Shown: positions 11,815 to 25,604, counted from the first letter of the stretch. The stretch is DNA of 64,000 nucleotides from Hormiphora californensis (GCA_020137815.1 CM035354.1:3162001-3226000), one strand, 5' to 3'. Notes: a model not told the origin generated them from the letters alone. Made by a program: numbers and translations.

Positions 11815-12639
11815 AGGACTTTTTTCCGTGGTCGTTTTTTTTCTACAGCAGGTCTGTAGATGCTTCTTTGACGGTATGTTTATTGAATTTGTACAGGCTC
11901 TTTTTGTTCAAGTCACAAGTGTATAATTCGCTTTTTTTCTTCGGCGAAACAAGTGTCATCAAATTACCATTTTAACTTTGGAGAAAGAACATCGAATTCT
12001 GGAGAAATAGCTCTTCAACTTTTGTCCAGCAAAACAGCATTTCTTCACAAACTATTATACATTTCTCACTATACACACACAAAGTCTAACTAGTAACTCA
12101 TGATCGATCTCTCTAACCCTGCATCTTGTTTTCATCCGTCTCTATCTTTATCTATCTTTATATCTTTATCTAATCTTTATTGTCCGCTGTCTCCCTTCTT
12201 CAACCTAGTTCTTTGTTGAACCTATCTCGACATTTCTCGTAGAAAAGTCCAACTCCGGTCGCTCGTCGTCTCGGGTATTGGTAACTGTTCCAACAAATAG
12301 GGTTATGTTAGAATAGGTTGGGATTCCTAATTTGTCTAAAATTTTGTAGTTTTGCTTAGCAAAAGAGGATGTTCTTGAAATTTTGATCGAATTATTTTTG
12401 CCGTCCCTTCATGTCTAATAGTGGTCATGCTAGTGGTTTTCGTAGTAGAAGTACAACCACGATACCACCGTGTGTTGCACTTTTACACGATGAAAAATCC
12501 TATAGCCCCTTCCCAGTTAAAGTGCCCCCACCACACATATATCTACACATGCAGGACGTCATGCTAGCTAATCTGGCATTCTCTCACAAGTTGCACGTGG
12601 CTGAAATCACGTGTGGTTGTTATCAAGTGGCTAGGTTAG

Positions 12640-15600
12640 CTAGGAATCCTTTTTTGTATCCCTCATACTCCATCTGTCGGTAGAAGATAACGATGAAGGT
12701 ACACACTCCCGTCACTAGGATCGCTGAGAAGATACTGATCACCACTATCACGAATATCACCACCGGGTGCATTGAGTCCAGCTGATATATTGGGGGAAAT
12801 GTTGGTTGTTAGTTTTCAACTGTCTGACTAAACCCAATTCTGTGACTTATCCTAGCTACCTAGTAGTGTGTCATGTCACCTCCCAGTTACTGGCCTTGCT
12901 AGTCGACAAGATAGCTCTTAGCTGCTCTTGCGTAACGTGGCTCGCCCTCTGCAAGATCATCTTCTCCCTTATTCTCTGAACTACCTACAGGTACTTACCA
13001 AAGTGCAACTTTTCACCTCCCCCAGAACGCCACACTCTGACACCAGGTTGTAGAGGGGGTTCCGTCTAAACACATCTGGGGCCATCATCTCTATCCAAGG
13101 CTGGGTTTGTTCTTCAAACTCTCTGTAGGAAAGAAGGATGTTATACAAGGAATTCATCGAGGCATTCATGACTCAATTTTACGGTTTAGCTTTCTAAAGT
13201 CTTTGGACTTGTGTATCCTTTTGTAATGAAATCTTCAGCTTCTTTTGCTGGTATCTTCCAGAAAGAAGAAAGCGACACAAGCTTGCACAATTTAGTTTTA
13301 CAGCGAGTTCCGGGTGTGCCACAAGTTGTGGAACACATGGCTCTTTACTCATGATATATCTTGAGAGTTTTTTCGCCCACGTTCCCAGAAGGAAAAAAAA
13401 CTGACGTAGATTCAAACAGATTGACAACATGGTTTTCACAAATTCTCGCACATTTTAGTATCAGCTCCTAGCCACAACATGCGGTGCTGATATATGACTA
13501 ATTGATTGGCCACTGTCGGTCCCCGACAGATATACCCATGGCAACCGCTCAAAATCAAATAAAATGGCTATATTCCTTACTTGACATCGGCAAGACAGCA
13601 GCCTGGTTTAGTGTCCCTGTGTGCAATGTGCTGTAGAATGTACTCCCTACACGAATCTGAGCAGGTAATGAACCTTCCGTGTTCTGACCACTGGGCCATC
13701 TCTTCACTGCATTCCACTGATACGTTCTTCATAACCTGACCAGGGAGAGAGAGTTCATTATCCTTGTGGGTCTACGACCTACGTGCATAATCTGATTTAG
13801 AAACGAGCAAAGATTGCTTGTGCAAATGGGTTGCAAATATAATAGTTCAATTCACAGTGATCAGTTTATATTCTATTTACGGTGTAACGCAATCATATCA
13901 TTCATTCCTCCCTGGCCCTTATACCGGCGACCATGATATTTACAGGTTTCATTTTGAAAATCACATCATGAAAAGCCCACCTCATTGGCTGACTAGTGAC
14001 TACCCACATTGACGCCGTCTACGCAGAACACAGGATTACCTACCTCTTTGTAGATGGGATGAAGAGGATCAAGATAAACAGCACATGTTTCAGGAACTTG
14101 CTTGCTTTTAGCCATACTCGCACACAACAACTCCTCCGATCTGCGAGGTAGATCGTTATATTGTTGAGTAGAAACACAATTTGGTGCGCTGCTAAATATA
14201 CAACTCAAATGTTGAATTACTGCATTGAATAAATTGAAGCTCTTCTCAAGCCCGTGTCACTGTCTGTCAAAGCATTGGCCTGACAGGTCCATGGGCTTCA
14301 GATATTACCTGTACATGATGAACTGTAGCTGGTAGTGAGAGATCCCTGGAAGGATGTGTTGCACCGGCAAATCGTTCACACAAAACCGTAACTCTCGGGT
14401 GAGGGGCCGGAAACAATCCAATTTACATAGCTCCCTGGAGAGACATGTGGTGTTTGGACATTTTTATATAAAATGCTAAAAATCTGTGCCATGATATCCT
14501 CAGACAATCCTCAGGCAAAACGTGACAATACGTGACAAAAGTAAGCAAAGACGTTGCAATAGGACTAAGATATTTGTGAGACAGTCTGATTAGGAAGAAG
14601 TCATTGAAGAACCTCCAGTGGCCCTTATTTCCAGTTTTACCTGATCATAGTACTCCAGTTGTTATCCAGGTAGGTGATAACGGAGTGAACGGTCGCATTC
14701 GACTGGTACACTTGATCAAACAGGTACTTAATCAGCTTCGTGCCGTACAGTTGGCATTCCGCCTGATGGGATAACCATCATTTAGCTGTTAGTTTCATTG
14801 GCTAGACGCCATCCAGTTGGCGGTCAAAAAAGTCAAAGTCCCGAATTATTTCGGTATAAAAAGATGGAAGTCTGCCCTTGCGTTGATATCCGATATATCA
14901 GATATCGACTCAGCTCGCTCACCCTATAGTTCATATTCTCCTTGATGGTTTCAGCACAGGTATCCTTGCTAAGTTCCAGGTTGGTCAGAGTGCTACAATC
15001 GTAGGTAGTCACCACTATTGCTCTCTCTGGCTCACCATGGTGGTGACGTGGCTCTCGTTCTGGTTCAGTCTGTTAGAGGGAGGTTTAGCTTGTTTAGTCT
15101 GTCAAAGGGAGGTATTTAGTTTGTTTAATCGTTTATATAAACTGAGTCTAAAGATAGATAGAGCCATACAAGTAGTAATTAGTTCAGAACCGCATCTCCG
15201 TAGAACGAGAAAAGTATGGACTGTAGTGCTTCGGTAAGAGGTATGAAATTGCTATGAATATAGGCTAATTTCTTAATCAATATCAATAATGAGATTGCCA
15301 ACAGAGGATATGAAGTAGAGAGTGTGAGATAACAAATAATGAACTGAATAATGAACCTGTTCATTGCCAATTAGAATGAAGGAAGTGTATGCAGGAGAAA
15401 TGTAATGGCTGTCCGCTACTAGCTCACGACTGTAATGTACTAGTAATGCTTGTATACAAGCTAATTAACATAAGACAGGGCGCAGACACAATTGTATAAT
15501 TCTGGACCATTAAAAAATAGCCACACCCAACTCTGAAAATGAACACTACTACGTACCGGTGTTAGCCATTTGACCCGCCTCTGCTCTGTACACTTCTTGG

Positions 15601-16626
15601 TGATCATATCACAGTTACCACTGCTAGTCGTGTTTGGTCCCCGATACTCAGATGTCCAGTTAGTGGTAGTAGCCTCGCATCTTTTGGTAAAGTTTGTACA
15701 CGAAATGTGATCAGTGGCACAGGTCCTGCCACATGATATTGGAACTTTTTGGGCCCCCTCGTATTCGGTCCGGGACTGGATGAGGCAGTCTCTGGAGGTG
15801 TAGTTGCAGGCCCGTGTGCCGTGGGTTAGGCCTGGTTCACATGTCGGGAGCGGATATTGGGGATATTTCACTGCAAACCTGCTCTCTTGAGGCTCCGAGA
15901 TTATCTCACAGGAGCCGTACCTTTCACTGAAAATGTTATGGAGGTTAGGATTGGATCGTTTGGGGAAATACTATAGTTATAGCTTGGCATTGTTACCTGC
16001 AACCCACAGTCCACACACTTACACTGACGGCCCTCACTAGCGGTGCTGGTAATGGTATTACTCATTGGCCCTCGTGCGTAGGTTCCCCGAAAGAGGTTCA
16101 GTGTTCACACCCATGGCAACCGCTCTTATCAAATCAACATTTTACCTGCATCTGGCGGATCCTCCCCGGTAGTTAACTTTGCTAGTCAGGGTGCAGTTCT
16201 TCTCATATCCGGTACAGATACGACGAAATGAAAATGTACCGTTATACACGCAACTCTGCTCAAATTGGGGCGAAGCATAGGTACACTGACACACTTTCTG
16301 GCCGCAGTTTACATCGGCCTGTGGTTCTGGCTTCCCCGCACTCACCACGTTACACTTCATCAGTGGACCCTGCAGGGGAATATGTCGCGTGATGAGGGGC
16401 AGGATTGGTGCAGTTGTTGCGTGACATATCACGCAACAACAACAATATCACGCGTTACAAAGAATTACAAAGCGGGTCAGATAAGAGCTGGTACCTTTTG
16501 GGGCGTGATAGCACACAGTTCCTCTCGCATTATGTAGACCGAATGGTAGTCATTGTCGGACATGGCGAGGGTGTCCGTTAGAATTAGGATCAGTGTAACG
16601 GCAGGGAGGAGGAACGAAGACGACAT
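12640..16626 (-). CDS. Uncharacterised Cys-rich type I membrane protein, multi-exon
   Basis: Signal peptide MSSSFLLPAVTLILILTDTLA and Cys-rich exons (ORFs 16142..16432, 15461..15871). Further exons at ~14920-15070, 14640-14762, 14045-14145, 13580-13735, 13016-13125 and 12880-12975. The last exon gives TM VVIFVIVISIFSAILVTGVCTFIVIFY plus tail RQMEYEGYKKDS* (one indel needed). Confidence 0.7.
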
Positions 16627-16749
16627 GATCGCAGAAACAACTCTCTCGAGTGATTAATAAAGAGAACGACTCGATCTCTCTCTCTCAACCCTCCTTCTCT
16701 GTAGACCTGTGTTGAGAGATCGACCTTTCTGAATACACTCATTAGCCGA

Positions 16750-16873
<124 letters not shown>

Positions 16874-17945
16874 TAAAATGATGAGAGTAAAAGAAGGATA
16901 GAGATAGAGTGACCGCAATTAGGAAAAAGCCAGCTTCTACGCAAGTAGAGCGTGTTCCGTCTCTACTATATTATAGATCACCACACTGATATCTTAAGTG
17001 GACACGGGTGAGGTTATATTTCGGAAAAACACTGTGGTGAGGTCGGGAGAGAGATGATCGTTTCTACTGGTCGATAAAATAGACTAAATAAAACAGAAAT
17101 AGAGACCTATGTATAGACGGGCTAAAGAGAGAGAAAGAGAGAAGTATAGAGAGAAAAAGAAAGAGACTTCACCCAAGGCCTTTGTAGTGTAGTAGGCACT
17201 AAATGGGATAAGCTTCTACTGTAATGCACTCTGCACATGTAATTAACTATATAGGGAAGCCTTTAATTGTGATCGACACTCGACAGAGGAGCGTATAACC
17301 GATAACGTACTGAAACCGATCATCTCCTTTCGGTTTTGTCCCTTTCGAGTTTTGGTTTGAAGTATACAGAGATATAGAGAGGATCTTCTTCTTCTCTATT
17401 TACACTCACCATCCCCATTCACGCGCACGATCTCCTCAAGGTCCTGCTATACAATTCCTCGCGGGGGTTTCCCAGGCATGGTACTCCAGATGTCCAGAAG
17501 AATAAGATCTGTGTTGAACGTTTGTGATTCACATGTGTAACTGCACGATATGGTTAGGTGTAAGCATTTCTTGAGTCTAGAAGTAAAGCTCACTTATATA
17601 ACTGACAAATCTACCCTGTGTCGTTTACATCGTGATAATATAGTTGATTGATTTCTATATTCATGTGGCTGTGAGTTTTAAGAATGCATCATACACATTA
17701 TCACATGATTATAGGTTCCTGAACACATGGAAGATAATGTTGAAGACCTGGCCACAACAAGATCCCCTCCTCTCTCAATGTTGTGTCTCATTGTGTCCCA
17801 TTAAATGTTGTTTCCTGTCCAAAGCACCCCTAGCACACCGTCTCCTGTCCTTAATGTTCCACACATCACTCACTCACTCACTCTCTCTTATGATGCAATG
17901 ACGAACTAGGTACCTGTCCGTGTGTGTGTCTAACACCCCCTATAG

Positions 17946-20900
17946 CCAGACGATCCTGCTACATTCCCGTCCTTCCTGACGGGCTGAGTTACGTGTTCGA
18001 GGGAAATACAAAGAGTCCCAGTGATTTTGTGGCCGATGGATCTGATATCAATGGTGTTTGTCCTTCTGGTCAGGTTGCTGATGGAGTGTCATGTAACACA
18101 AAGACTTACTATTGGAGTGTGTTTACTTGTGTAGAGAGTAAGTTGACATGATCATTTTTCTTACAAAAGCTCCGACGATTGACCACCATCTCCTGATTGA
18201 ATTAACGCCTGATTTACCCCCCCCCCTGATTTACCCCCATACCCGCATCACCTGATTGACCCGACCCCCCTGATTAACCCGCCCCTTTTCCACAGAGGAC
18301 CCTGAGTCATGTGGAACTCTGGAGACGACCTCCAACTCTGTGAACTGTGTAACAAAGTACAGTGTGTACAAGTGTGTCATGACATGTCCCAGCAACACCT
18401 TTATCGCTGAAAATGGACAGTTCTCCAGTACACAGGTAGAATGAAAATCCAGGGTTTCCTAATAGACAAGGTAAACACGAGATATGTTGGTACTGGATAA
18501 AAATTTACCGTAGCTTTCAATAACACTTGGGTAATCTTCATCAGCGGAGTGCATCAGCGGGTTTCCTAAGCTCGTATTATATTAGCAACATGGTTCACTT
18601 GCCAGAAATTCTGCCAAATCCAATCTTTTCAAGCTTATCTGAGAACAAAGGCAGCCTTTGTCAAAGGCTCGGGTGTAATTTAGAAGATTCAAGATTCAAA
18701 TTAAAAAGTACATATGATTTAACAATGATGTGATTAGAATAAACTCCACATTCCAGATAGTAACGTGTAATTTAGAATGAACTCTCCACATTTCAGACAG
18801 TCACGTGTAATGCACTAACTGAGAAGTGGTCTCACGAGGAGAGTGATGGTAGTAGACCATGGTCTACCTGTTACGGTAAGACCTAGCTGCAGTGTCTGAC
18901 TGTGTAGTCCAATTGAAGCACTTTTTCAGTCCCTATTGAGTGAGGGACTGACACTACGGGGTTTACTTTACCATAACTTTTTTCAGGTAAATCCACCCCA
19001 ACAAAGATAACCCTATCAGTGGATCTGACCCTAACTGGAGCCACCTCTTGCCCCGCCACATCGGCCCTGGATAGCGCCATGGAAAGTTGGCTGAAAGCCC
19101 AAACCAACTCTGCCTATGACTGTGTGGACAGTGGAAAGTGTGCTATGGGAAGCGGGAGTTCCTGTACAACGGGACCTGTGGTGTACAAGTTCTCACTTGT
19201 ACAGGCTACTGATACTGATAATAGCGGTGAGAGTTAGGGAATTGAAGAGATCATAAATCTTCTTAATGTCTACCATCATGTCAAAAAACCTAGTTTTTTA
19301 CTAATTACTAAACTAAATCCCTTAGTGAAAGTAGTGACAATTTTAGTTGTCACCCGTTACTAAACTAAATCCCTGTTCTTAGTGCTGGGGACCCTGGATA
19401 CCCAGTTGAAGGCCGATGTGACAAGTATCTCACTGACCATCACAACCTCAAAAAAGAGGGCCACAGTGACACTAACAGGAAACAGTGTTACCACTACAAC
19501 AGCAGCTGAGTGCCCCTCTGGGTCCCAGACTGTGGGAGAGGGATGTGGTAAGTTATGGTGTTTTTTTATCGTCTATATAGGTGCATCTATTCTGTGTGTA
19601 CCTTTTTTCTCATTTGACTTAGTTAGTAGCGAGATTACCTCCCTCTCCCTCTCCTTGTAAATTTTAGTCAAGCCATTAACTTGTAAATGCCATCCAAATG
19701 CAAGCCATCAATCTCTCTTCTCAGCCCAGTGTACAGTAGGACAATACGAGAAGGATGGTGTATGTACAGAGTGTCCCCTGAATACCTATTCCACCTCCGC
19801 TGGATCTACTGAGTGTGTATCATGCACTGGAGATACGGGAACTGTGGACACGGGATCTGATAGCGAATCTGACTGCAAAGGTTAGTTTAGAAAACTGAGA
19901 AGCATCCTTGAAAGTTGTGAAAACTAAATTTTTGAACCCTTTCACAAGTTTACTCTACTTTCCAGCTAACACTCATCCCCCACTATTATAGAGATTTGTA
20001 CAGTTGGAACAGTTACCAAAGGTTCCACGAATCCCTCCGAAAACAGTCGAGTGGGTGCCAGTACCAAGGTGACGATCACCTGTGATAGTGGGTATGATGT
20101 AGGACATGGTAACTCAAATACACCCACTTGTCAAGATCTCAGTGGGTACCAGTGCTACCAGCAGTGTGAGGTATGTGTTGTTGCGAGTTGGGTACGTGTT
20201 GGAGTTCTTTTTCAAGTTGTGTACGGTGCCTCCCCTTTCTCTCTCCCTGACCTTCCAGCACATCTCGAGCACATCACCTACGCGGTCCTTGGTTTTTGTT
20301 GCTGCTACAGACACTGTCCAATGTGCTAGCAATTTAGTGTTAGCCACTTCTTTTTCTTTCTTACTCCTTCTCCAATCTTCTCTTCGCCTTTCTCTCTCTC
20401 TCTCTCTCTCCCTCTCTCATTCTCTCTCTCCCTCCCTCTAACTCCTTCCCTCCTTCCCAGACACCAACGCTAACACTTGATGGACAAGCCTACGTTGGTA
20501 GTGTTGGAAGCTCCATGAGTTTTGGACAAGCAGCCACAATTCAGTGCAAGGGTAAAATAGACATCCTAATCTGTTTAAGTGGCACCCTCTCTGCTCCTTC
20601 GTGTGATCCAGGTTAGCTCAAAAAAGGATGTCTTCCTGATTCCCATTTTATACGAAATCAATCCTTGCCTTTCTGGCGGCACCAGGCCCCGTTTTGATCC
20701 TCTGATCGGATCGGCACCGCCTATCAGCTTACTACTACTTATAGTAATTAATATTTGAAGAACTTCCCGATCTTAATTGTACAAAGTTAGAATGTAGTAT
20801 GTAGTGGGTAAGGAAGCTAATTTAATTGTACAAGATCGGGATTAAGTTAGCGGCTAATTTCGAATTTCTTCCGCTAACTGTTAGCACAATCGGTCTAGAC

Positions 20901-22207
20901 AAGTCTAAAATGGTAATAACAAATGTCCGATATTAAGCTTTGGAACCATTAGTTGCGCATGAAGACATGTAATGGATATAAAATGGATGTAGAATATAAA
21001 GTGTAGATAACACCCCATAACACTCCCCTCTCCCACAGTTGTGGTATTTTCTGGTAGTGGATACTCTGACATCATATCTGGCTCCTCCGCAACCCTTACA
21101 TGCACCGCATTTGTCATTTCCAACGCAGTCAACTTTACCTGGAGTGGAATTGGAGGGGTTACCCCGGTGACAGCGAATTCAGTAAATAACTTTGCGCAGG
21201 ATAGTGTGGTGAAGCTGCCCTCCGTTGCCCAGGATACGGAGGTTGGATGTGCTATAGAAGGAAAAGGGATATCCACTAAAACTACGGTGGATGTTTTTAC
21301 TGTTTCCGGGAAGGGAGCCACAGTGGAGAAGGGAGGAAGTGTTGTTGTCACCTGCACTGTACAGGGTGAGTTAAAACTCCAGAAATAGTACACATTTACC
21401 CCCCCCCCCCTTTACCCCTTTCCCCGTAATTATAATTGATGGTGATCACGACACTAAAACATCACCCCTCCAGCCCATTCGAAACACTAAAATATCACCT
21501 TCCACCCTTTCAGGGGCAACAAAGAGTCTCCGTATCACCTGGAAGGATCAGGGTGACACGGGTGTCACAATAGGGGAATGGTCGGGTGGTACTCAGACCG
21601 CTACACTAAGTATATCAGGGATTACCCAGAGTACTAGTTACACGTGTTTGGTGACTGGTAGCACGGGACAACAACATCCCCATTCTGTTGCCGTGGAAGT
21701 TATCAGTAAGTATAGAGAGTTCTTAGATTTTTGTTGTGACAAAAATTGCAAAGGGGGGGGGGGGACAAGGCCATTATCCAAACCTTCCCTCAAAGTTGTT
21801 GTTCTGACTTTTTGGACTTGTTCCCCTTATCAATGATTGTGTGTGCTGTTCATGTGCTGCATGATGAAGGAGCTGCATAGCATACGTGTCCTTGTTATAA
21901 TTATCTGTGTGGCTCACACAGAACGCTCTTTGAGGGTTCGGCAGATCAAATAATTATGCAGAGACACACAGTTCTCGTTTCAAAGGAAGTAGATCTGAGG
22001 GTGGGTGTCCCCGGATTGTTTGTCTTCTTCTAGTGTAGCAGTCTCTTCAGTTTCTTAAACCGCTACGGCTTCAATTTATGTGTGCTTGTTTCAGGTGTCC
22101 CCACTATCGAACCACCGACTTCCCAAGGATCACGTATCTTCGTTTACCCTCACTCTCTAACCACTGTTCTCTTTCTGATGTTATTGCTGCTGCTGAAGCT
22201 GAACTGA
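17946..22207 (+). CDS. SVEP1/uninflatable-like cell-surface protein: sushi, GCC2/GCC3 (ephrin-receptor-like), sushi, two Ig-like domains, hydrophobic C-terminus; 5' end not located
   Basis: Exons give CTVGQYEKDGVCTECPLNTYSTSAGSTECVSC (GCC2/3), VTITCDSGY (sushi), SATLTCTAF..NFTWSG and VVVTCTVQG..ITWKD..YTCLV (Ig). The protein ends TTVLFLMLLLLLKLN*. Confidence 0.72.
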
Positions 22208-22710
22208 TCACAGTTAGACGATTTTTTTGAGTAGCTGAATGTGTGTATTTGTACAGATGGAGAGAGAGAGAAAGAAAAGAGATAGAGAGATCGAGTGTGA
22301 GTCGTGAGATAAATTAACTATGACAAGAGAGAGCGAGAGGAGTCACGGAGTTAGAAAGCATCGAGTGTGAGTGAGAGAGATGTGTTTGTTTGTTTTTTAC
22401 CATGTGCAGAGCACCTAAAGAGAAAGAAAGCCGACTCTGCTTTAGTTTCAAACTATATTGATTATGTGTTTTTACATTATATTATCCCCCCACCAGCACA
22501 GTTTCCCCCTTTCTCTCTCTAACATGATAACAAGTTTTGCAATTGTGTAGAAACTTATCACGTGACTCCACGTGTGTTGCACACAATAAGCTACGTGTCC
22601 CTCCCTCCAACTAGGATACATGGGCAGTTGTTAGAGGCATTGTTAAAGACAGCAGCTGTTCCCCCTCCTTCTCTCTCATTCTCATTCGTTATTGTGTCTG
22701 ACGTGCTACC

Positions 22711-23990
22711 ATGAGGCTCCTGTTTGTGTAAGTAGAACAGCTTAAACTATGTGTGTATAACTTGGTTAAACTGACTTGGTTAAACTTAAAGCTGTGCCTT
22801 GTTTGACCCTTTCTCATGGCTTAGAACATGGCAAATTTTTGATTATACAACGCTGTTTATTCTTTCTCTTCTCTAAAGTTTGTTCTATTTCCAGGTTTAT
22901 TGCCCTAGTTGGGTGTGTTGTGTCCCAACTTCCATCATTCAAACAGGAATTCATCTATGAGGATGAACTAAAGTGCTCCAGTAAGTTCTATAATAGTTCG
23001 GGGGGCTTGTGATAGACTTGAAAGTTTTATCGTACAGGGAGTTTAGGGAGTTTAGTAAAGTAAAATATCTTTGCAAGTTTTACAGTTGTTTTGATTTGGT
23101 AGAAATGAGACTGACTGATGACATTTTATTTGTCCGGATGTTCGCTATGATTATGTGTCCCATATTCACCCTTCCATTCCTCAGTTTGCCGTATCGTTGC
23201 CGACGAAATTTCATTCCGGTTCGAGTCTGTCAACCCCAAGTCCAAAATAGAGACGGGATCTGCGGGAATCACCCCAGACGGGACCTATAAACAGAAGAAA
23301 ATCCCGTACCTTCTGAGTGATACCCATATCACAGAAATCCTGGATCAAGTGTGTGATAACAGGTGAATTAACTGATTTTTCAACATCTTTAGCTGCTCAA
23401 ATACAACAATCATTGCTTTTAAATTTCATTGTTGAATGGTGTACTAGTTTGACAACTTTAATTTTAAATACCGTACGTCGCGTCTAAATTTCTGTTCCTG
23501 TTTCAGTTGGCACTACGTCCAGATGGGATATGATCCCATTACCAACCTGCCCCTCATCCAAAGGATGAACTCTCTCCGAGGAGAGCCCGTTAATCTGGAT
23601 GGTAGCAAAATCAACATTCAAGATCAGGAGGTGACACCAGATAAAATCAAACGAGCGGTAAGTGCCTTGCTGAATTTTTATGTTCCATATATTGTTGTAG
23701 ACCATCCCTCAACTTTTTTCAGGGTTTAACCCTCGTCCCTCCCCCTCCCCCGTTTTTCCCCAGCAACCATGATACCACCTAGTTGACACCCTATTTTTCA
23801 GTGTTTCTCCTTTGTCGAAAAGTACGAAGATGAGATAGTTGGGGAGTTTGTTAAACTTGTCCAGAGCAAGAGCTTTGTGGAGAAGAGGAAGAGCCCGCTA
23901 AAGAAGGCCACTAAGAGGCTTTGTAACGATAAGGATTTCTGTTCCCCTGACTTCATCAAGAAGATTCAGAAGAACAAGACAGAGTTGTAA
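22711..23990 (+). CDS. CNPY2: Canopy-family saposin-like ER protein (CNPY2-like), 5 exons
   Basis: Signal peptide, then LKCSICRIVADEI...KSKIETGS..ITPDG..KKIPYLLSDTHITEILDQVCD, CFSFVEKYEDEI and KRLCNDKDFC. Ends in KTEL, a KDEL-like retention signal. Confidence 0.85.
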
Positions 23991-24194
23991 TAATTCGAGA
24001 GACACTTTTTAATTTATCAATATCACCGCACAGATAATTATATCTCACGTTATTTTCTTATTTCCACGGGTGTACGTTATGTACAGATTGTATTTTGACA
24101 GTTTCTAACTTCCCTATACGAGACGAGTGTACTTCTTTTGTTTGGTTAAGGAAGCTTGATAACTGCAGGAAAGAGCGGTATATTGGAGTATGCA

Positions 24195-24262
24195 CTGCGT
24201 CTGGCGACGCGCGAGAGAATTCTTAAATATTCGATGTGCGCGCGATCAAATCCCGCGCCGGG
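24195..24262. promoter_or_regulatory. CGCG-rich promoter-like patch upstream of the CYB5R gene run
   Basis: Cluster gcgacgcgcgag, gtgcgcgcgat, cccgcgccgg in otherwise CpG-poor DNA; same signature as 3190-3235 and 47690-47727. Confidence 0.45.
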
Positions 24263-24299
24263 TTGTTATGTGTAGTTTTCTAATATTGGAAAACGTTAA

Positions 24300-24416
24300 A
24301 GTGCGTTTCAAACGACTTGACCTGAGATTCCTGGAAATTCAGGATTTCCCCTTTGTAAATACACGCGCAATGCGCCAAATTCCAAGAATTACGGGTCAAG
24401 TCGCTTGAAACGGACT
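24300..24416. mobile_element. MITE family A (Kolobok-like), copy 1
   Basis: TIR AGTGCGTTTCAAACGACTTGACC / GGTCAAGTCGCTTGAAACGGACT; TTAA at 24296-24299 and 24417-24420; AG..CT termini. Confidence 0.8.
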
Positions 24417-24438
24417 TTAAAATCTGGGTGCCTTTCAT

Positions 24439-24681
24439 GGCCAGCGTTACAATCTGGGTGTTTTGGGAGTGCTGACAAACGGTTTTTTAGGGTTAGGGCT
24501 AAAGTAGGGTTAGGGTTGGGGTTTGGGTTGGGGTTAGGCCTTGACATTCCCTACCATATAAACTTTGAATCAGCCAAAACGGTTGAGTGGTTTGGCGGTT
24601 AGAGCCATTTTAGTGAATCAACTTTTTTGGCAGCGCGCACCTGTAAACAGGCCTCCAAACACCCAGATCGTAACGGCGCCC
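24439..24681 (+). mobile_element. Divergent family-B MITE with telomere-like repeats
   Basis: Flanked by the 9-bp direct repeat GCCTTTCAT (24430-24438, 24682-24690); TIR core aatctgggtgttt / aaacacccagat; degenerate ttaggg array at 24487-24538. Confidence 0.8.
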
Positions 24682-24931
24682 GCCTTTCATTGCTAACAAT
24701 TCGTAGTTTTAGCGCGTGCGACGGGTTAGGGCTATCCGTTAGGGTTTGGTTTGGGGTTATCGGTTAGGGCTATCGATCCTCTATCAGTTACCGTTTAGTT
24801 TATTCAAATTGGCCATGTGGTTGCGTGGCTATAGCCGTTTGAAGAAAGTTGGTCTAAGTGTACTCTTTTGGTAGCGTGCACCTGTAAACAGGCCGCAAGG
24901 CACCCAGATTATAATCGCGCCCTTTTCTATT

Positions 24932-25604
24932 GGGCACGATAAAAGTGCGTTTCGGGCGCGATTATAATCTGGGTGCCTTGCAGCGTGTTTACAGGTGCAC
25001 GCTACCAAAAGAGTACACTTAGACCGACTTTTTTCAAACGGCTATAGCCACACAACCATATGGCCAATTTGAGTAAACTAAACGGTAACTGATAGAGAAT
25101 CGATAGCCCTAACCGATAACCCCAAACCAAACCCTAACCAGACCCTAACGGATAGCCCTAACCCGTCGTGCGCGCTAAAACTACGAATTGTTAGCAATGA
25201 AAGGCACCCAGATTTTAACGTTTTCCGTGCGTTTCAAACGACTTGACCCGTAATTCTTGGAATTTGGCGCGTGTATCAAAGGGGAAACGCTGAATTTCCT
25301 TTTTCCAGGAATCGCAGGTCAAGTCGTTTGAAACGCACTTTATAATCTGGGTGCCTTGCGGCCTGTTTACAGGTGTGCGCTACCAAAAGAGTACACTTAG
25401 ACCGACTTTTTTCAAACGGCTATAGCCAAGCAACCACATGGCCAATTTGAGTAAACTAAACGGTAACTGAAAGAGAATCGATAGCCCTAACCGATAACCC
25501 CAAACCAAACCCTAACCAGACCCTAACGGATAGCCCTAACCCGTCACGCGCGCTATAACTACGAAATGTTAGCAATGAAAGGCACCCAGATTTTAACGTT
25601 TTCC
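24932..25604 (-). mobile_element. Family-B MITE containing family-A copy 2 (24944-25339), which itself contains another family-B copy (24954-25226)
   Basis: Outer 9-bp TSD TTTTCTATT (24923-24931, 25605-25613); inner 9-bp TSD GTGCGTTTC (24945-24953, 25227-25235). Confidence 0.82.

Larger units (their letters stand above)
24288..24922 (+). mobile_element. MITE family B (Mutator-like, TTAGGG-containing) carrying two nested insertions
   Basis: Imperfect 26-bp TIRs GGAAAACGTTAAAATCTGGGTGCCTT / GGGCGCGATTATAATCTGGGTGCCTT, interrupted at 24300-24416 and 24439-24681. Confidence 0.8.

Noticed and set aside
24487-24538. Telomere or chromosome-fusion scar
   Set aside because: The TTAGGG units are short, degenerate and internal to TIR/TSD-bounded MITEs.
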